Shown: piece after piece, positions 26,000 through 30,300 of the stretch
Layout: each line of letters begins with the position of its first letter
Numbering within the stretch: the first letter of the stretch is position 1
IMG/VR virus record: IMGVR_UViG_3300021197_000762
Span: 1 to 30,300 of that record
DNA length: 30,300 bases
Source of the DNA: a virus
Taxonomy: Duplodnaviria > Caudoviricetes
Reading direction: 5' to 3' (one strand)
Made by a program: the position numbers and the translations under genes
Notes under the pieces: generated by a model
Seen by the model: only the letters and a program-made list of their open reading frames with translations
Told to the model about the DNA's origin: nothing
The model's database searches: none

Positions 26000-26740
26000 A
26001 TGATGAGGACATTTAACTCAATACTTCAGAATGCTCCAAGCAACTTGGGTGCTTTAAGATCAAATCTTTTGAGGGCATTACGATCTGAAGACTACTACGG
26101 TAAGTCAGTCTATGAGGAGAGTGGGCGTTTAAACTGTAAGCAATTAGCCAATTTAAAACTTGGTAGACAGGACGTTTTCTTCAAGACTGACAGGCGTGAT
26201 GAGGAAAATTCTGCTGTTTCACTGATGATTGATTTGTCTGGGTCAATGCACAATGAGGACAGAAATGGTACAAGTTCAATTAACGTTGCGACAGAGACAA
26301 CTGTCCAACTTGCCAACATCATCAACAAGACCAGTTCAACACTTTCAGTCAATGGTTATAACTCTTATCGCACTTTTTCGATCTTTCAATTCAAGACATG
26401 GGCAGAGAGTTTAAACGCCAAGACAAAGCAAAACATTGCCAATATGAGGGGCTGTGTTGGATGGTCTACCCCAGTTGTACAAGCGTATCAATGGCAACTA
26501 GAAGACTTGGATAAAGTCAATGCTTTCAAAAAAATTGCAGTATTTATTACTGATGATTCTGTTTATGAGTATGAGGAAAAAGCAATGGATCATTACAGTG
26601 AAATGGCTGACCAGATGGGAATCAATGTCGTAATAATTTCTATCGGTGCTGATTTAAAAATCAGAAACTCAATAAGGATTGATAAAGTTTCTGACATGGG
26701 CGGTGTTGTTATGTCGAACATTTTAAAGAAAATAAAATAA
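26000..26740 (+). CDS. vWA domain protein (CobT/NorD C-terminal-like)
   Basis: SGRL....L, VF.K, MIDAS IDLSGSM, STP and FITD. Confidence 0.85.
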   Translation: MMRTFNSILQNAPSNLGALRSNLLRALRSEDYYGKSVYEESGRLNCKQLANLKLGRQDVFFKTDRRDEENSAVSLMIDLSGSMHNEDRNGTSSINVATETTVQLANIINKTSSTLSVNGYNSYRTFSIFQFKTWAESLNAKTKQNIANMRGCVGWSTPVVQAYQWQLEDLDKVNAFKKIAVFITDDSVYEYEEKAMDHYSEMADQMGINVVIISIGADLKIRNSIRIDKVSDMGGVVMSNILKKIK

Positions 26741-26741
26741 T

Positions 26742-26771
26742 TGTTGACAAATCGTCAACAGTAACTACAAT
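26742..26771 (+). promoter_or_regulatory. Sigma70-type promoter with overlapping palindrome
   Basis: TTGACA (26744)-16 nt-TACAAT (26766); TGTTGAC-AAATC-GTCAACA. Confidence 0.75.
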
Positions 26772-26790
26772 TAAAAAAAAGGGAAAAATT

Positions 26791-27879
26791 ATGAAAAATA
26801 TAAAAGGCTACCAATTAACCAAAGTTTTAACCGCAACACTCGAAAGATTATTTAAATCTTATAACACATTCAAGTCCGATAAGATTGAGATTGAACTCAA
26901 GCAATGGAGTCAGGACACAATGGGCGTTAAGTATCGTACAAGTTCTGATGGTGTCTTTGTTAAGATTGTCGTGCCATCTATTGATGACACTGCCACATAC
27001 TCGCAAGAGCAAGTCAATCACTTGATCGCTTTAGTGTTCCACGAAGTCGGACACGTTTTGTTTACCAACACAAAAGATTGGGATGATTCAGTTGCACGCT
27101 TTAAAGAAGATTATCCTGACCACAGCAAATTTTTCTTTAACTTGATCAACGGTCTTGAGGACGTTAGGCAAGAGCAACTCCTTATTGAAAGAACTTCTAA
27201 AAATGCCAAGCCTTTGTTGGTCAAGTTGTTAAATGACATGATCAAAAAAGGTAACGGTCTCCCAGAAACAAATGACTTTCTAAACATTCCATTCACACTT
27301 GCTGTAGAGGGTAGACGTTTAAACGGTTACAAGGTTGATTACGATTTTGACTGGAGTACTTGCCCTTGGAAAGAAGAAATAGATTGTTCCTTGGATGCTT
27401 TAAGATCAGCTAAAAGCACACTGGACGTAACAAACATTGCTCTTACACTTTGGTACTCACTTGAAAAATATTTAGCTAAGGGTCAACTCCCTGATCAGCC
27501 CCAAGAAGAGGGGGCAGAACAAAGTGAGGAAGAATCTCAAGAGGACGGTCAGGACGATTCTCAGGAGTCTGGGAGCGATTCTCAGGACGATTCTCAAGAG
27601 TCTGATTCAGAATCTGGAGAAGATTCTGGAGAAGAGTCTGAGGGAGATTCTGAGGGAGATTCTCAGGGGGATTCTCAGCCATCAAATGATGACAATGTTG
27701 CTGATGATAACTCATATTCGGACTATGGACGTACCGTTGAGCCATCCGCTAATGATGATCTACCACGCTTGGACGATCAGGTGTTTAGATCACATAGCAT
27801 GGTTGTTGGTTCAGAATATTCTCTTAAACCAAGATTGCAGAAAGTAGCATTCAATGACCGTGGGAGATGGTTGAGATGA
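26791..27879 (+). CDS. HExxH metallopeptidase-like protein (CobT N-terminal-like) with acidic tail
   Basis: HEVGH.LFT followed by N.LED.R.E; D/E/S/G-rich segment near the C-terminus. Confidence 0.8.
   Translation: MKNIKGYQLTKVLTATLERLFKSYNTFKSDKIEIELKQWSQDTMGVKYRTSSDGVFVKIVVPSIDDTATYSQEQVNHLIALVFHEVGHVLFTNTKDWDDSVARFKEDYPDHSKFFFNLINGLEDVRQEQLLIERTSKNAKPLLVKLLNDMIKKGNGLPETNDFLNIPFTLAVEGRRLNGYKVDYDFDWSTCPWKEEIDCSLDALRSAKSTLDVTNIALTLWYSLEKYLAKGQLPDQPQEEGAEQSEEESQEDGQDDSQESGSDSQDDSQESDSESGEDSGEESEGDSEGDSQGDSQPSNDDNVADDNSYSDYGRTVEPSANDDLPRLDDQVFRSHSMVVGSEYSLKPRLQKVAFNDRGRWLR
27530..27680 (+). repeat. Degenerate 12-nt tandem repeats encoding the acidic linker
   Basis: GATTCTCAGGA / GATTCTGAGGGA units (DSQE, DSEG, DSQG). 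Confidence 0.7.
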
Positions 27880-28025
27880 GAAATAATGTCGTGCGTCATT
27901 TAATAAATAATCCCCCTAGAAATGGGGGGAAACACGCTAACAAAAAACGTCAACAAAAATTCAAAATAGCAGGACAAACCATAAAAGAGTTTAAACGTCA
28001 AAACAGGGGGAGAGATTATGAATAA
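27876..28025 (+). CDS. Small basic protein (49 aa)
   Basis: MRNNVVRHLINNPPRNGGKHANKKRQQKFKIAGQTIKEFKRQNRGRDYE; ATGA overlap with the upstream gene and overlap with the next start. Confidence 0.65.
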   Translation: MRNNVVRHLINNPPRNGGKHANKKRQQKFKIAGQTIKEFKRQNRGRDYE

Positions 28026-28218
28026 ATTCAAAAACTTTTTATCAGATTATTTTTATCACGTTGTAATGCACGTTGTAATGATGTTGTTTTTAAGTTTCAG
28101 CGGTACGTTCTTCTATAGCATTGGATTGATTCACTTTTCATACGCAGTCTTGATTGCCATAGGACTTGTGCTACTGGGCTTATTGCTTGATTACTTATCT
28201 TATAGGGGGCAAGTATGA
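28018..28218 (+). CDS. Small membrane protein (2 TM)
   Basis: Two hydrophobic helices; GGGGAG RBS. Confidence 0.7.
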   Translation: MNKFKNFLSDYFYHVVMHVVMMLFLSFSGTFFYSIGLIHFSYAVLIAIGLVLLGLLLDYLSYRGQV

Positions 28219-28424
28219 AAGACTTAGTTGAAAAAATTAGGGAGTTAGAGATGGCATTGTGTCATGTGAATGGAAAGTTGCTTGCAATAGGAGATGCTTG
28301 TGAACAGGAAATAATTAATTCTGAGGAAGCTATGGAAGATGTTACCGATGGCTCAGAAGCTATATACAAGGGTCGGCTAGAGTTTGCCAAGCAGATATTA
28401 AATTACTTAGAGGAGGAAGAATGA
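28215..28424 (+). CDS. Small acidic hypothetical protein
   Basis: ATGA overlaps on both sides; E-rich; GR.E.A motif. Confidence 0.75.
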   Translation: MKDLVEKIRELEMALCHVNGKLLAIGDACEQEIINSEEAMEDVTDGSEAIYKGRLEFAKQILNYLEEEE

Positions 28425-28594
28425 AAACATTTATATGTGATGTAAAAGTAACTTTTACTGGAAATGAGTTTGAAGCTGACAACATCGAGGATTATAAGGA
28501 ATTAGTTATTGAATCGTTTGAAGAGGAGTTCCCAAATATCGACATAACGGAAGATGAGATTCATAACATCGAAGAGATAGGAGAGGGGGAGTGA
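28421..28594 (+). CDS. Small highly acidic protein (57 aa)
   Basis: MKTFICDVKVTFTGNEFEADNIEDYKELVIESFEEEFPNIDITEDEIHNIEEIGEGE; GAGGAGG RBS; overlaps at both ends; missing from the track. Confidence 0.8.
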   Translation: MKTFICDVKVTFTGNEFEADNIEDYKELVIESFEEEFPNIDITEDEIHNIEEIGEGE

Positions 28595-28887
28595 GAATGA
28601 ATTTTAATTGGAGACTCACAACCAATGTTGCAGTTGAAAAAAAACTGGAAGAAATTGAACTGCACAAAAATATTATGAGCAGTGCCAGTAATTTCTTTTT
28701 AATTAAACCATTGCCATACAATCACAGAACTTGGACACAGCTACAACTTTACGATTTCCTCGCTAAAAATGTTATAGCACGTTACTCAGATTTAACTCCG
28801 AAAGAATTGTTAGAAGAGATACTGAGTTTGACTGAGGAGTTTAAACGTGTTTTCTATGAGGGTAAAAAACTGGGAGAACTTCAATGA
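28591..28887 (+). CDS. Hypothetical protein
   Basis: ORF coupled on both sides; the start is GTG 28591 or ATG 28597. Confidence 0.65.
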   Translation: MRMNFNWRLTTNVAVEKKLEEIELHKNIMSSASNFFLIKPLPYNHRTWTQLQLYDFLAKNVIARYSDLTPKELLEEILSLTEEFKRVFYEGKKLGELQ

Positions 28888-30089
28888 CACTAGTTGATAG
28901 AAGATTGTCCAGTGAAATTATACTTGCATTGAGCAGATATAAAACAAGAGTTTTCAATAGTAAGTATGCTGACAAAAAAATAGCTGAAAAATATTCTCGC
29001 TACGCTATCAACAATATGGTTTCAGCAGAAAAATTTCACATCTCAAATGATTTATTAAGATTAATTGTCAAACAATCTTTTGGCGATCAAGAATCATGTC
29101 TTGAAGCTATGGTATGTGGAATGCCCCCCTATCCAAAAATGTGGATAGAGTGGGATGAAGACTGCCGTTTAAACTGCGAGAGAGAGTTCTGGGAGCAAGA
29201 ACCCTTTAATGGTAAGTATCCCAAGCAAGAAGAACTTTTGAAAAATTATAAAACTAAAAAATTTGGCAGACAAGGATGTTTGATTACAAACATTTCTCAG
29301 TCGATTGATCCGCACCCTGACTTAGCTAAATCAGGTAGGTATTACTGGTTTGATACGTTAGGCTTTGTTGACAATGAACTTTTAATTAATCCATTTTCCC
29401 CAATGGTTGAATTTGATTTTAGGGAAGAAAGAAATTTTATTTCCGAAGAAACAAAAGAAGTTTATAACAATATTGGGTCTTGGCATGGACGAGACAAAGT
29501 ACATAACTCAGAAGTAAGGCTTAAAGCTAATTTGCGTTCGCTTGGTATTTCTTGGGTTGATTGGATGGCAAAACATCACGAAGATAAAGCAAAATACTTT
29601 GTGCCAATGCTAGACAGAATATACACCGTACAACATTCAATGTCTCCCATAATCTGTCAGCCTAGTTTTTTTAACGGGTTTAATGGGAATGGGGATGGGC
29701 TTGTAAATAGAGAAAGAGCAGATGATATAGTTTCTTTTTTCAAGCAGAATGAGGGCGACCTGAGATTTTTATTTCATGCCTTAGCCTGTTTAAACAGCAC
29801 TGAAGTGCAACGGGAGTATGTTCAATCAAAACCAAACAAAAAATATACAAGGTTTGGAGTTAGAGTTCCTTGTTCGGAATACAAAACTTTAAAACTACTT
29901 GTTCCAAAGACAAAGAAAATTTTTTATGACTCTGGATCAACTGGCAATGGATCGCCCAAAAGATTTCATAAAAGAAGAGGTCATTGGAGAAATCTTAAAA
30001 GCGGAAAAATGGTTTGGGTTAAACATTGCTCAGTCGGTAATGAGGAACTGGGAAGTGTGCATCACGAATATGATTTAGCTACCCAATGA
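28884..30089 (+). CDS. Conserved phage protein with C-terminal H.RRGH.R motif
   Basis: PPYP.MWIE and SP.R.H.RRGHWR.L.SGK.VWV....VG; function unknown. Confidence 0.8.
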   Translation: MTLVDRRLSSEIILALSRYKTRVFNSKYADKKIAEKYSRYAINNMVSAEKFHISNDLLRLIVKQSFGDQESCLEAMVCGMPPYPKMWIEWDEDCRLNCEREFWEQEPFNGKYPKQEELLKNYKTKKFGRQGCLITNISQSIDPHPDLAKSGRYYWFDTLGFVDNELLINPFSPMVEFDFREERNFISEETKEVYNNIGSWHGRDKVHNSEVRLKANLRSLGISWVDWMAKHHEDKAKYFVPMLDRIYTVQHSMSPIICQPSFFNGFNGNGDGLVNRERADDIVSFFKQNEGDLRFLFHALACLNSTEVQREYVQSKPNKKYTRFGVRVPCSEYKTLKLLVPKTKKIFYDSGSTGNGSPKRFHKRRGHWRNLKSGKMVWVKHCSVGNEELGSVHHEYDLATQ

Positions 30090-30127
30090 GGTGGAAACTG
30101 ATAACTTTAAAAAGAGAGAGAGGTGTA

Positions 30128-30211
30128 ATGGTGATTGAAAACTTAACTTACATGGTGGTTTTTGGCTTGTCTTGGTTAATGCTTTTGACAATAGTGGGGG
30201 TTTCATTATGA
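30128..30211 (+). CDS. Single-TM micropeptide (27 aa)
   Basis: MVIENLTYMVVFGLSWLMLLTIVGVSL; GAGGT RBS; ATGA overlap with the next ORF. Confidence 0.5.
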   Translation: MVIENLTYMVVFGLSWLMLLTIVGVSL

Positions 30212-30300
30212 ATGGAGAAAAAATTGTGTCTGTTCCTGATGATAAAGAAATATTGGAACTGGCAAAACAAGTACAAGCTAATGGGTGGAGTGTTATGCAC
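30208..30300 (+). CDS. Hypothetical protein, truncated by the window end
   Basis: MNGEKIVSVPDDKEILELAKQVQANGWSVMH, open to the edge. Confidence 0.55.
   Translation, partial: MNGEKIVSVPDDKEILELAKQVQANGWSVMH

Noticed and set aside
24359-26740. Calling the AAA/vWA pair a cobalamin auxiliary metabolic module (cobS/cobT)
   Set aside because: No cobN or other cob genes are in the window; MoxR/vWA pairs are general remodelling systems.
27911-27930. TCCCCC...GGGGGA hairpin as a terminator
   Set aside because: No U-tract follows on the plus strand, and it lies inside a plausible coupled 49-aa ORF.
28057-28080. Exact 12-bp tandem duplication CACGTTGTAATG
   Set aside because: In-frame slippage duplication (HVVM twice) with no sign of function.
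23052-28721. Minus-strand ORFs in the early region and alternative-frame ORFs 25494-25682, 26229-26414 and 27524-27847
   Set aside because: Shadows of the plus-strand genes; the 27.5 kb ones arise from the stop-poor tandem repeat.
30232-30260. Second CTGATGA...GAAA hammerhead-like core
   Set aside because: No stem II or stem III can form and it lies in a coding frame; other CTGATGA hits (4200, 26222, 26550, 27701) are also in coding sequence without the helices.

Overview
The window is part of a tailed dsDNA phage genome (podovirus-like head module of the kind common in aquatic metagenomes). No host genes, integrase, tRNA or CRISPR array were seen. The minus strand (22.6 kb to 1) carries a tightly coupled late operon: TerS, a stand-alone LexA-type HTH, TerL, P22-like portal, GroES-like co-chaperonin, scaffold, decoration protein, Mu gpT-like major capsid, a cluster of small very basic proteins, adaptors, tail/fibre proteins, holin, M15 endolysin and a tail nozzle-type protein. 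The plus strand (23.0 kb to end) carries an early region with sigma70-type promoters, a SprT-like protein, a MoxR/CobS AAA+ ATPase, a vWA protein, an HExxH protein and small ORFs. The best signals are non-coding: (1) a complete type I hammerhead ribozyme between the first two early genes (23566-23615); (2) five perfect co-oriented DnaA boxes at the divergence point; (3) at least 27 copies of the palindrome GTTTAAAC, where about 1 is expected, concentrated in the early region; (4) a multi-pseudoknot RNA downstream of the capsid gene (Mu-gpT-DE-like); (5) two shared operator-like palindromes; (6) an apparent ATC start for TerL. All family assignments come from motif recognition by eye, with no database searches, and counts are manual.
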